From an uncultured Verrucomicrobiae bacterium (GTDB taxonomy: Bacteria > Verrucomicrobiota > Verrucomicrobiia > Limisphaerales > JAFGQR01): a stretch of 36,140 nt of DNA. The stretch is from positions 1 to 36,140 of the forward strand of contig CAWBHS010000098.1 of the NCBI GenBank assembly GCA_963788655.1, in the 5' to 3' direction. This document shows positions 21,031 through 31,090 of the stretch, in pieces. A model generated the notes under the pieces. That model did no database searches. It was not told the origin of the DNA and worked only from the letters and a program-made list of their open reading frames with translations. The position numbers and the translations under genes were made by a program. The first letter of the stretch is position 1, and every line of letters begins with the position of its first letter.

Positions 21031-22605
21031 TTAAAATTTGTGTGCTGCGTGGGCGCCGAGAACGAATTCAAACTGCAACCACACCGAATGATCCGGTCCC
21101 ACATAGCGGCGGTTGTCGTAATTGTATTGCAACCGAATCTTCGAGTATTCGCTCGGATACCAGGTCAGGTCGGGCGAGAGCCGCCAACGCTCAGCCCGCT
21201 GGAGATCATGCCCCAACGGTTGGCCGTCGCGGTAGAGCGGCAAACGTTCGTAGTCCGCGGTGTCGCCCGTCACGTAATCCAGCCGCAATCCGGCCACCCA
21301 GCCCTTGCGGAAGCCGTAGAGCAACTGGGTGTAGAACCCATAATCAGTGAGCGTTTCGCCGGGCAACACGGCGGGATTGCCGGCAGCATCCAGGATTGGG
21401 TCCGCCTCACCGGCCCAATCAAAACGCCCCACCTGGTACTTCCGCAGCATGGCTTCGCTTTGCCACTGCACAAAGGGAAAGCCGCCGTGTTGCCGGAGCG
21501 ATTTCCATTTCCACGTCAGGTCCACGCCATAAACCTCCGTGCGGGTGTCGCCGCTGCCTTCACTGCCGCGCGAGTTGGGACCGAACGCCGCCGAGGTGCC
21601 CAACAACAACACCTGGCTGGGCGTCAGGTCAAACGAAACCGCATACCGCGGGGCGAAAAGCAAATCGTCCGCACCGCCCAAGCCGCGATCGTTGTCAGCG
21701 TGCCGGTATGCAAACGGCAGCGCTGCTTCGTCGCCGGCGCCGTGGGTGTGCCCGCCGCTGCGAAAGGGGGTCGCCGTGTCGCCGTGACTGTTCTGAACCG
21801 CCAGGAGCAATTCCGAATAAAACGGCGTCGGCGCCAGCCAGGAGATGATCGCACCCGGATTACGCAGGCCGTCCGGTCCGAGAAACCGGCCATTGACCAG
21901 CGGGGTATCAATGAAGTTCCAGGTGTGTAAATGCGTGGCATTGTGCCGGCCGAACTCGGTGAACACCTGTCCCAACCGTAACTGCAAATTGGCCGGCAGC
22001 GCGGTGGTTTCCATCCAGCCTTCCTCCACCTCAAAGAAGCTTTCGCCGGCGGAATTCAGCGAATAGACCAAGTTGGCATTGGCGCGGAAAAACGGGTCCA
22101 CCGCGCCCTGAAGATTCAATTCGAGGCCCTGGACGTTGAAGCCGCGTTGATACGGATCATGTCCACCAGATTCGAGGTTGTTCTCAATGTCCCGCGTGGT
22201 CGAACTTCCCACCGCGAACGTGCCCACCAGCCCAATGTCCATATAAGCCTGGGCATTGCCAATCCGGATGGGGCTGGTCGGATTCCAGGAACTGGACGGC
22301 ACAGCGTTCGCCGTCGGCGTCGCGGCCACGGGTTCCGGGGTGGCGGGTCCCACGGGAGCCCGTGCTTTAACCTCGGCTGGCGGTGCGTTCGTCGATCCCG
22401 TGCGTGGCGGGGGTTGCAACCCCTCAAGCCGGTGATTCAACTCATCGATGACGCGCCGGTGCTCCTGGATGGCTTTTTCAAAATTCTCGTTGGCTTGTTG
22501 GAGCTGTTTCCGCAGCAACTCCACTTCATTGGTTTCCTGGGCCGCCACCGTCAGCAGCCCCAAGCTCAGGATCGAAACCAATCCAATTGCTTGCTTAAAA
22601 TTCAT
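21031..22605 (-). CDS. Outer-membrane beta-barrel, metal-uptake-associated family
   Basis: Signal peptide, coiled-coil and Pro-rich N-region, GHDP..RGF..ELNLQGAVDP, FGRHNATHLH, GGHTHG, C-terminal LQFEFVLGAHAAHKF. Directly upstream of the metal ABC genes. Confidence 0.8.
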   Translation of the reverse strand: MNFKQAIGLVSILSLGLLTVAAQETNEVELLRKQLQQANENFEKAIQEHRRVIDELNHRLEGLQPPPRTGSTNAPPAEVKARAPVGPATPEPVAATPTANAVPSSSWNPTSPIRIGNAQAYMDIGLVGTFAVGSSTTRDIENNLESGGHDPYQRGFNVQGLELNLQGAVDPFFRANANLVYSLNSAGESFFEVEEGWMETTALPANLQLRLGQVFTEFGRHNATHLHTWNFIDTPLVNGRFLGPDGLRNPGAIISWLAPTPFYSELLLAVQNSHGDTATPFRSGGHTHGAGDEAALPFAYRHADNDRGLGGADDLLFAPRYAVSFDLTPSQVLLLGTSAAFGPNSRGSEGSGDTRTEVYGVDLTWKWKSLRQHGGFPFVQWQSEAMLRKYQVGRFDWAGEADPILDAAGNPAVLPGETLTDYGFYTQLLYGFRKGWVAGLRLDYVTGDTADYERLPLYRDGQPLGHDLQRAERWRLSPDLTWYPSEYSKIRLQYNYDNRRYVGPDHSVWLQFEFVLGAHAAHKF

Positions 22606-22745
22606 ATCGTTCGTGCTTCTATTCAGGGGTGCGCAGTCCTTCCGCACACCAAAAGTTCAGACTCCGTTTCTCGAATGATCGAAGCGGAAGAAGGCCGGAC
22701 GTAACGTTGGGAGTCATTCAACCCGTCCCAACCTGCCACCGGGAG

Positions 22746-23075
22746 TTAAGAAGCAATGGAAGGAGGGGCGCGACTGGGAGCCAACCGGCGATCCACCGTC
22801 GGCGGAATCTGAACCGCCAGGCCGCCCGGGGCGTCGCCGGGGAAACACGACGGTGGAAGGAATCTGTCCGTGGAGAGTGCCACCCAAGCGTGGCCGTGGC
22901 TGAGGAGGGTCAAGATGCACTCGTGGCCGGCTTGTTGCGAATCGGCGTGCAGCCAATGGTGCAGTTCGGGCGAAGCGCTGAGCAGCGCCGAGCTCATCCA
23001 GAGCAGCACCAGCAAGCCAACCACCGCCGCACGCGCGGTCCACCATCGGCCAGAGTTTGGGCATCCAAACTTCAC
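22746..23075 (-). CDS. His-rich DUF2946-like leader protein ending in a RAPP ribosome-arrest motif
   Basis: Hydrophobic N-segment AAVVGLLVLLWMSSALLSA, then ELHHWLH..GHECILTLLSHGH, a Pro-rich linker and SRAPPSIAS*. Probable GTG start at 23075 (the ORF track uses TTG at 23096). Confidence 0.75.
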   Translation of the reverse strand: MKFGCPNSGRWWTARAAVVGLLVLLWMSSALLSASPELHHWLHADSQQAGHECILTLLSHGHAWVALSTDRFLPPSCFPGDAPGGLAVQIPPTVDRRLAPSRAPPSIAS

Positions 23076-23181
23076 GTCCTGATGTAAAAGCAGCAATGGG
23101 CCGGCAATGCAAGCGGGATTTTAGAACCGCCTTCTAAGTAACAACTCAATAACTGGGGCAGCGACAAGATGATTCGGCGTG

Positions 23182-23322
23182 GTAGGACAGGCGTCTCGCC
23201 TGTCTCGAATTGCCGAGGGCATCCTCCCCTTGGGGTGACATTGACAGAATCCCGGCACCGCGATGCAAGTCGATGGGTTGCTGTCGTTCGAGACAGGCGG
23301 GACGCCGCGGGACGCCTGTCCT
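23182..23322. repeat. GTAG REP doublet (family B)
   Basis: GTAGGACAGGCGTCTCGCCTGTCTCGAA paired with TTCGAGACAGGCGGGACGCC(GCGGGACGCC)TGTCCT, which has an internal duplication. Confidence 0.8.
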
Positions 23323-23359
23323 TCTGAATCGTTCCGGCGAGCACCATTGCCAACCGCGG

Positions 23360-24434
23360 TCAGGCAATCTTCATCGCCTGGGCCTGGGCTTTGAGGGCCA
23401 GTTCGGCTGCGAGGAATGTGTGTTGTTGCGTCATGGCCGTTTCGGTGCGGTGCATACAATCCAGCACGAGCTGTCCGAAATAGGGGAAGCCCACCTTACC
23501 ATTCACCGTGAAATGTTGCTCCCCTTTGTGATCGACAAGATAAACATGATCGGCCGTCGTGTCGCGCGCCACATCGAGGTATTTGCGCAATTCAATGTAG
23601 CCGTCGGTGCCGAGGACAATCGTGCGTCCATCACCCCACGCGCCCAGGCCCTGGGGCGTGAACCAATCGACGCGGAAATAGAAGGTAGCGCCGTTATCCG
23701 CAACGAGCGTAGCGTCGCCGAAGTCCTGGAAGTCCGGATGGTCCGGGCAATTGTAATTGGCCACCTTGCTGTGGACGACCGTTGCGTTCTTCGCGCCGGC
23801 ATAATGCAGAAATTGCTCGATCTGGTGGCTGCCGATATCGACGAGAATGCCGCCGTATTTTGCCGGGTCCCAAAACCACGCGGGACGCGAGGGCGCGTTG
23901 AGACGGTGCGGTCCAAGGCCGATCACCTGCACCACGCGGCCAATGGCACCGTCCCGAATCAGTTGATCGGCATACACGGCTGCTTCCACGTGCAGGCGTT
24001 CGGCGTAGTAGGCGGCAAAAATGCGTCCCGTCTCGGTGACCTTGCGGCGCGCGGCTTCGATCTGTTCCAGCGTCGTGAACGGCGGCTTGTCAGTGAAGTA
24101 ATCCTTGCCGTGGTCCATGGCGCGCAAACCAAGCGGCCCGCGTTCGCACGGCACCGGCGCGCTGGCAATCAGTTTGATGTTTGCATCGTCAGGATTTCCT
24201 CTTCGCTCCGGGCACTTTCACGCCGGGATAGGTTTGGCAAAATTGCTCGACTTTCTTGGGATCGGGATCGAAGACCCAAGTCAGTTTGCCGCCCGCTTCG
24301 ATCAGGCCGTTACACTGGCCATAGATGTGTCCATGGTCCAGGCCAATGGCAGCGAAGGGAAACTCGCCGGGTTGACAGACCGGTTTTGCTTTGCCCTTGG
24401 GGGCGTAATTCATGCCGTCCGATTTTTGGTGCAT
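23360..24434 (-). CDS. Gfo/Idh/MocA oxidoreductase, frameshifted near 24150-24215
   Basis: N-part MHQKSDGMNYAPKG..AAIGLDHGHIYG. C-part DYFTDKP, GLGPHR, GGILVDIGSHQ, GTDGYIELRKY. Confidence 0.85.
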
Positions 24435-24559
24435 AATGTTGGCCGCCAGTTTCCATGATTGGTCTCCAGCACGGAAGCGGAAACTGTCCAAATCCGGAGG
24501 GCCGAAACCCGAAATTCAAGGATGTCGCACCGGCCACTGGACATGGTAGGTCGCATTGC

Positions 24560-24626
24560 ACCGCAAAGACACGAAGCGCGCAAAGGCTGTGAAAGCAAAC
24601 CTTTGCGCGCTTCGTGTCTTTGCGGT
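24560..24626. repeat. Long perfect hairpin repeat (family D)
   Basis: ACCGCAAAGACACGAAGCGCGCAAAGG paired with CCTTTGCGCGCTTCGTGTCTTTGCGGT. Confidence 0.85.
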
Positions 24627-24726
24627 AAAAGATGGCTTTCCAAATTCTATCGGGGTGCGCTCCGGTTCAGATTTATCTAACTTCTTTCGGCCTTCGGATT
24701 TCAGATTTCAATTTGCCTTGGTTTCG

Positions 24727-25886
24727 CTATTTGCCGAGGTTCCGCCCCAAGGTGATGTCGTTGTTTGCGAAGTTTTCGACGCTCTTGGTCTTTTCGTGGA
24801 AATGCCGGGCGTGCTTCAGAATGCCCTCGCGCGAATAAAACGGATCGCTGGGCTGCAAGTGGCAACCGGACTTTTTCGCCCAGATGGCCGGATTGGTAGA
24901 TGGCCGAAATGAGTTCCGATGGTCTTGCGGGCTTCCGCCCCGTCAATCAGCAACGACTCCTGGCCAGCGATGGCCGCCAACACGTTGGCGATTTGTCCCT
25001 CGTGGCCTTCGTGGTCCAACGCGGTCAATTGGTCGTAGGCGGACTGGATCTGCGAAGTCAATTCAGCGTTGTCCTCCGGAAAACCATTTTCCTTCTGCCT
25101 AGCGGCTTTGACCTGCCACGGCACTGCGACTTTGGCGTGTTCGCCCTGGAAGACCATTTGCTGTTCCTCGCCATGATGGACCAACGATGCCGTGATTTGC
25201 CCAATCCGGCCATCGGCATACGACAACACGGCGGTGCTGAAGTCCTCCACCTCGGAATTGGCGTGGCTGAGATTGGCAGTCAACGCGTTCAGTTCGGTGG
25301 GCAGGCCCATCATCCATTGAAACAGGTCGATGTGGTGGACGGCGTGGTTCATGGTGCAGCCACCGCCTTCCTTCTCCCAAGTGCCGCGCCACCAAAAGTC
25401 GTAGTAGTTGCCGCCGCGCCACCAGAACGAATCCACTTGCGCGTGCAGCACCCGCCCGATGAGGCCGGATTCCAGGATTTGCTTGAGCTTCATCATCGGC
25501 GTCTTGAAGCGGTTCTGGGCGACGACCGACAGCAGTTGGCCACTGGCCTTCGCCGCGGCGATCATCGCGTCGCACTCTTGGAGGCAGGTGGCCATCGGTT
25601 TTTCCACCAGCACATGTTTGCCCGCCTGAAGCAATTTCACGGTCACGTCCGCATGCGCAAACGGCGGCAGACAGATCGAGGCCAGGTCGAACTCCGGTCC
25701 ACTCAGCAGTTCCTCCACGTCCTTGAACACAGCCACCGACAATCCGTGGTGGGCCGCCTTTTCCCGCGCTTTCTCGGGATACAAATCCACCACGGCGACG
25801 ATCTGACATTGCTGGTTGAACTTCAAATAGGCCTGAAGGTGGCTGTCTGAAATGGCGCCGGTGCCGATAATCGCGACTTTAATCAT
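24727..25886 (-). CDS. Gfo/Idh/MocA oxidoreductase with C-terminal frameshifts
   Basis: IIGTGAI Rossmann motif, HVLVEKPMA, EGGGCTMNHAVH. The C-terminus is reconstructed through ELISAIYQSG to ..NDITLGRNLGK* (TAG at 24727-24729). Confidence 0.88.
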
Positions 25887-25969
25887 GAAGCTGGGAAGGA
25901 GGTTGAGGATTGTCGAGGAGTTACGTGTTGTTGAGACATGGGGCTGCCTCTTGGCACAAGAACGTTCCG

Positions 25970-26109
25970 TTCCCCCTCACCCCGAACCTCTCCCCCAGGG
26001 AGAGGGAGAATTGATGGCCGCGCGTCAAAGTACCAACGCCAGTTCCCAACTGCCACCGCCGCCGCGAAGCTGTTCCCTCTCCTGGGGGAGAGGGATAGGG
26101 TGAGGGGAA
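25970..26109. repeat. CCCTCACCCC-type palindromic REP doublet (family E)
   Basis: TTCCCCCTCACCCCGAACCTCTCCCCCAGGGAGAGGGA paired with TCCCTCTCCTGGGGGAGAGGGATAGGGGTGAGGGGAA. Confidence 0.8.
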
Positions 26110-26127
26110 AGGAACCGCACGAATGGT

Positions 26128-27181
26128 TCATGGCGCTGTGCTTTCCATTGAATGATCGGCAACCGCCTGAGCCAATGCGTGGATATTCTCCCCCGGCGTC
26201 CCGGGCGAAACTCCGCCACCTGCCGAGAGAATAAGGCCTTTGGTTTCCGGATGGGCATTGAGGCAGTCGTGCGCCGCATGAAGCACTTGTTCCGGTGAAC
26301 CGTGCGCCAGCACCTCCAGCGGCGGCACATTGCCCATCAGGCACAAGTCCGGGCCCACCAATTACGCACCTTGCCGAAAGGGGCTGCCGGTGCGTGAAGT
26401 TAAAGATATGGATGCCCAACTCGCGGAGGAATGGGTACGACACCGGATTGTCCGTATCGTTGTGAAACACTTTCACCGCACCGGGAAAGGCGTCGAAAAC
26501 TGTCTTCAAATATGGATGCCCAAATTCACGGTAATCGCGCGCGGACATGAAACCCGCGAGGTCGTCCAGCACCAGGATGCCTTCCACCGCTGACAACGTT
26601 TCCGCCTGCGCCTCCAACCACGTGCGGGTAAGCGTCGTCGTCGTTTGGAGGAACTGATGGGTCCGCTTCGGATCCAGCTTCATCGCCAGCAGAAATTCGC
26701 TCACGCCCATCAGGTGCGCAGCGATGGTGAGCGGGCCGCGGGCGGCGACCATTTTGATCACGTGGCCAGCCTCATTCACGCGCGGTTCCAGCCGCCGATA
26801 GTAATTCAGAATGATCGGCATCAACCCGTCGCAGCGGGGATCGGGCGGAGACAGATGTTCCGCTTCCTCAATGGTGGTGATTAGATGAAAGATGGCCGGT
26901 GGCTGATGCTCAAAAAAGCTGATCCTCGTGCCGAAGCCGCTGGGTTCGGCGGCCATGCCCATTTCCACCCAGAAGCCCGGCAGCAAAGTGAGATCTGAGA
27001 ATTCTTGAACCAATCGCAGATTGGCCTGCAACCAAATCTCCGGGTCAGTGAGATAATCCAGCGTGGACAAGTCCAGATACCACGGAATCCACGGGCTATC
27101 GACAATCAGGGCAACCGGAGGAACGGCATTGGCTTCGCCCCGGGCGCACTGCTGGATGATGTCCCACTGTTCGAGGGTCAT
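26128..27181 (-). CDS. Uroporphyrinogen decarboxylase/MtaA-CmuA family protein, frameshifted near 26365
   Basis: IVDSPWIP, GPLTIAAHLMG, ILVLDD, VFHND. The C-part LMGNVPP..LILSAGGGVSPGTPGENI is in ORF 26128..26361. Confidence 0.82.
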
Positions 27182-27296
27182 GGTTTGATGCAGGCGAACC
27201 CCAGCCACGAAGGACAGCCGTCCCGGCTATCCCGGATGCAGCCGGGTGTCCACCGTTCTTGAAGCGTTTCGATAGAAGTTGAACGTTCCCTGGAAA

Positions 27297-27324
27297 TTCG
27301 GGACAGGCGGGACGCCTGTCCTAC
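27297..27324. repeat. GTAG REP (family B), reverse orientation
   Basis: TTCGGGACAGGCGGGACGCCTGTCCTAC. Confidence 0.75.
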
Positions 27325-27363
27325 GAGGGCCAGAATTGTTGCTGCGGCGTTCAACCCGAGAGC

Positions 27364-28765
27364 CTATACGAATTTGTATTTGCCTGGGATGGCCACTTCC
27401 GGAAAAGGCAGGTCGCCGAATTCATAGCGTTCCGGTCCGAGGCGTAGATTGGACTTCATGGCTTGGTCCCATTCCACGGACTGGCCGCTGTAGGCGCTTT
27501 CCCGTCCCATGATCCCGGTCATCGTGCTCTCGGCGACCGTGCGGGCCTCGTTCAACGGTTCCCCGGCGCGAATGCTGGCGATCAGATCCTCGTGCTCCTG
27601 CTGGTAGGCATTCGCGTCGCGGTCGCGGAAACGCCAATTGCTGCCACCATTCATCCGAATCCAACGGCAGCAATTGCTGTCGCCCTTGGTGCCCACGATG
27701 GCTTCCTCGACTATGCCTTCGCAGCCGTTGATCTGCCGGCACTGGCTGAACATCCGGACGCCGTTCGGGTATTCGAATTCCACGGCGAAGTGGTCGAAAA
27801 TGTGGCCGTACCGCTTGGCCGTGCGCACCTGCCGCCCGCCGAGGGCCGAGAGCCTTGATCGGGTGCGTGCCGATCACCCAGTTCATGACGTCCAGGTTGT
27901 GGACGTGCTGCTCGACGATGTGGTCGCCGGCGAGCCAGGTGAAGTAGTTCCAGTTGCGAAGCTGCCATTCCATGTCGCTCCAGCCGGGCTCGCGGTCAAT
28001 GACCCAGATCTCGCCGCCGTTCCAGTAGCAACGCCCGTAGACGATCTCGCCGATCGCGCCGTCGTGGATGCGTTTGATCGTTTCCTGGTAGCTCTTCAGG
28101 TGACGGCGCTGCGTGCCGGCCACGATGCCCAGCTTCTTTTGCTTGGCCAGTTCGCCGGCCTCCATGATCATCCGCACGCCCGGCGGATCGACGGCCACCG
28201 GCTTCTCCATGAACACGTTCTTGCCGGCCTCGATGGCGGCCTTGGCCATCATCGGTCGGAAGTGCGGCGGCGTGGCCAGGATGACGTAATTGATCTCCGG
28301 AACGGCCAGCAACTTCTGGTAGGCGTCGAAGCCGGTGAAGCAGGTTTCATTGGGCAGATTGATCCCCAGTTTTTGAAGGTTCTCGCGACACCGGGCCAGC
28401 CGGTCCGGGAACAGGTCGGCCAGGGCGACCACTTTGATGTTCTTGCTCTCGAACTTGGCGCCCTGGGCCACGTCCTCGGTGTGATAACCCGCCGACGGAT
28501 AGATCACGCGGGTGGCGGCGCCCAGGGCGTCCATCAGCGCGCCGGTGCCGCGTCCGCCGCAGCCGATGACGCCGATGTTGATCGGCGTATCCGCGGCCGC
28601 GTGGCTCGTCACTACGAACGGAGACTTGGCCAACGCCGCCGCGCCGGCCAAGGCCAACGAGGAATGCTTAAGGAATGCGCGGCGAGAAAGGTTTTCACGA
28701 GTGAGATTGGCTTGGGGATTGGAATCGAAATGGGTATCGAGATGGTGCTGTTTCATATTCTTCAT
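27364..28765 (-). CDS. Tat-exported Gfo/Idh/MocA oxidoreductase, frameshifted near 27850
   Basis: SRRAFLK twin-arginine signal, IGCGGRGTGA, ATPPHFRP, VFMEKPVAVD, GTQRRH, GDHIVEQHVHNLD. The C-part GHIFDHF..MGRESAYSG is in ORF 27364..27828. Confidence 0.9.
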
Positions 28766-28915
28766 AGCCAGTTTTGCCCAAGCCGCCTGGCAGCCCCAGA
28801 AGAACTGCGAACGGCCCGGATTTATTTGCGTGCGAAAAATACTCGAACGCCAGCCAACGAAAAGCCAGCCCAAATTGCGGGGTAACGTGCTGCCGGCGTC
28901 CCGCCGGCAGAAACG

Positions 28916-29058
28916 AAATGACCAAGAACCAATGACCAAGTTCCAGAGAATGCCCAAATCCCAAACCGCAAACCGCGTCCGAGCCGCCTTGCGCTGGCGG
29001 ACTGGGCTTTGGAGGTTGGTCCTTCTCTGGTGGTTGGGGTATTGGACATTGGTCATTT
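28916..29058. repeat. Heptamer-like degenerate repeats arranged as an inverted pair
   Basis: AAATGACCAAGAACCAATGACCAA... paired with ...TTGGGGTATTGGACATTGGTCATTT. Confidence 0.6.
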
Positions 29059-29457
29059 ATTCGCAGCCACTGTTCCAATCATGGCGTCATTAACTTGCCT
29101 GCGGCCTACGAACGTCGCGAAGCGTCTGGAGCGCCGGATCGGCTTGAGGCGGCGCTATCGGCTGAGCCTCCAGCGGCAGCTCCGCCTGGGGTAAGGAAGT
29201 CGAGGCAATCGGTGTCGGCGCTGCGGCTGGGGCGGCAGGGAGCATTGGCGCTTCGGGCATGGGCCAGAATAGCGGCCGTCCACCGGGTGGGAAAGCTTCG
29301 GAAAACCCGGCGCTGTCCCGCGAAGCGCCCGCCAACCAATTGACCAATCTGCGGGATTGAAACTCGTCCGTCTTTTCCTCAAAAGACCCCCGCTATTCTG
29401 AGTTCTGGGGTTAAGCTTGGTGTGAAATATCCGAGCTAAGCGGCGGGGTGGCGCAAC

Positions 29458-29483
29458 AAAAAACGCGGACAAAAATGTCCGCG
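29458..29483 (-). terminator. Rho-independent terminator downstream of the glycosyltransferase
   Basis: Minus strand CGCGGACA-TTTT-TGTCCGCG followed by TTTTTT. A second hairpin TTGACGACG/CGTCGTCAA lies at about 29503-29526. Confidence 0.7.
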
Positions 29484-29530
29484 CTCAACCACATCAATGG
29501 ATGTTGACGACGATTGCCGTCGTCAAAAAC

Positions 29531-30923
29531 CTATTGGCTGCATGAGGATTCGATCAGGTTGATCAACCGCGGCAGCAAGGTTTCCTTGGTAAAGCTACGG
29601 GTGATTTGAGCTGGCCGGTCAGCATTTCGGTCAATGGCCAAGAGCTGCATACGCCGGATGGCCTTCACCACCGCTTCCACGTCGCCGTGATCCGCTCGGG
29701 CCCAGGTTGCGGAACTGTCTGCTGCTCCGAGAATCTCCGGCACATGGCTGGCCCGCGGGCCGATATACAACACCGGCACCGCGACGCTGAGGATGTTGTA
29801 AATTTTGCAGGGATGGATGATGCCCACGAACGGATTACCCATCACCACCAAGTGCAGATCAGCGGCCGAAAGTGAACCCGCCAATTGGTCGAGCGGCTGG
29901 TAGGGGAGGCAGAGGATGTTGGGCGATGGTATGGATGCCGGATTCTGGATGCCTGTTGCCGGATGGATTGAAGGAATGGTTGAGGGAGGGGAAGCCGAGG
30001 GATCAGTTCTCAGTGAACAGTCATCAGGCTGAGGGGAAGATAAGGATTGAGGATTGAGGATATTGGGTGAAGCAGATACCTCGCTCTTGGCACGTGGTGG
30101 CTGGGGATTGGCGCGCTGCTGTTCCACGATCTTGCGCCATTCGCTGCCGCCACCGACGAAACAAAACACGATGTTCGGATCGTCCGCCAGTTGTTGGGCG
30201 GCGGCCAAGACCGTCTTGAGGGGATGACACGGGCTGTGGTTGCCTGAATACATCACCACAAATTTCTCCTGCAATCCGTGGGCAGCGCGAAACCGGTTCC
30301 GCCCAGCAACGTCAAATTGGACTTCCCCGTCGTGTGACCATGGCGGGATGACAGCGATCTTGTCGGCGCCGATGCCTTTTTGAGTGATGCGGTCGCGCAT
30401 GAAATGGTCGAGGGCGATGATCTGGGCGGCCCGTTTGAAGCTGAACCGGGAAAGGTGTTCGAGCCATTTCGCCAGCCACGATTTCGGCCGCAACCAGCCG
30501 GCGGCGATCGCCTCATCCGGATTCATGTCCATCACCCAATAGCAGAACCCGCCGCCGCGCAAGCGGGTGAACCAGGCGCCTAGGAAGGAAATCAGAGGCG
30601 GCGACGTCAACGCCACGACGACATCCTGACGGGGCAAACGAGCCAAGCGCACACAGCAATTCAAGAGGAAGCTGGCGAAATCGGCGGCGCGCCGCCACTT
30701 GGCGGTTTTGCCAAAACGGGTCGAACCGACCCGACAGATTTGGATGCCGCGCCAGGTTTCGCGCGCGGGAAAGAGCCGGTCGGGATCATCGGTACGCCCG
30801 GCGGCTCGTGACGACGGTAACCTGATGTCCACGTTCCACTAAGCGCACCGCCAGTTCCGTCAGATACTGCGCGGTGGCCATCACGTCCGGGTGGAACGTT
30901 TGGTTGAGGAGGAGGATGTTCAG
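29531..30923 (-). CDS. GT4 glycosyltransferase (WcaI-like) with a frameshift near 30791 and an internal low-complexity insertion
   Basis: The N-terminus (L)NILLLNQTFHPDVMATAQYLTELA..GHQVTVV lies in the adjacent frame. LTSPPL, WVMDMNPD, VMYSGN, LPYQP..SLSAADLHLV..HPCKIY. Confidence 0.88.
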
Positions 30924-31090
30924 AGGTCAGAAGGCAGAAGGCAGAAGGCAGGGGGCAGTAAACAGTGATCGGTGATCGGTAACCGGTGGACAGAGGTCGG
31001 ATGCCGGATGCCAGAGGGCAGAAGATGGAGGACGGAAGACAGCGGTCAGGAAGCGGGCATCGAGAGTCAGTGGTCCGGTGGTCTGATGGC
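30921..31090. repeat. Mosaic of degenerate 7-mer tandem repeats
   Basis: CAGAGGT CAGAAGG CAGAAGG CAGAAGG CAGGGGG, GTGATCG GTGATCG, GGATGCC GGATGCC and similar. Confidence 0.75.

Noticed and set aside
20112..21930. Long plus-strand ORFs opposite the metal-uptake genes, and similar antisense ORFs elsewhere
   Set aside because: Shadow ORFs expected in high-GC coding DNA. The opposite strand carries the clear family motifs.
29090..29347. 85-aa Pro/Ala-rich ORF on the minus strand
   Set aside because: Low complexity, TTG start and no recognisable motif. It cannot be supported, though it is not excluded.
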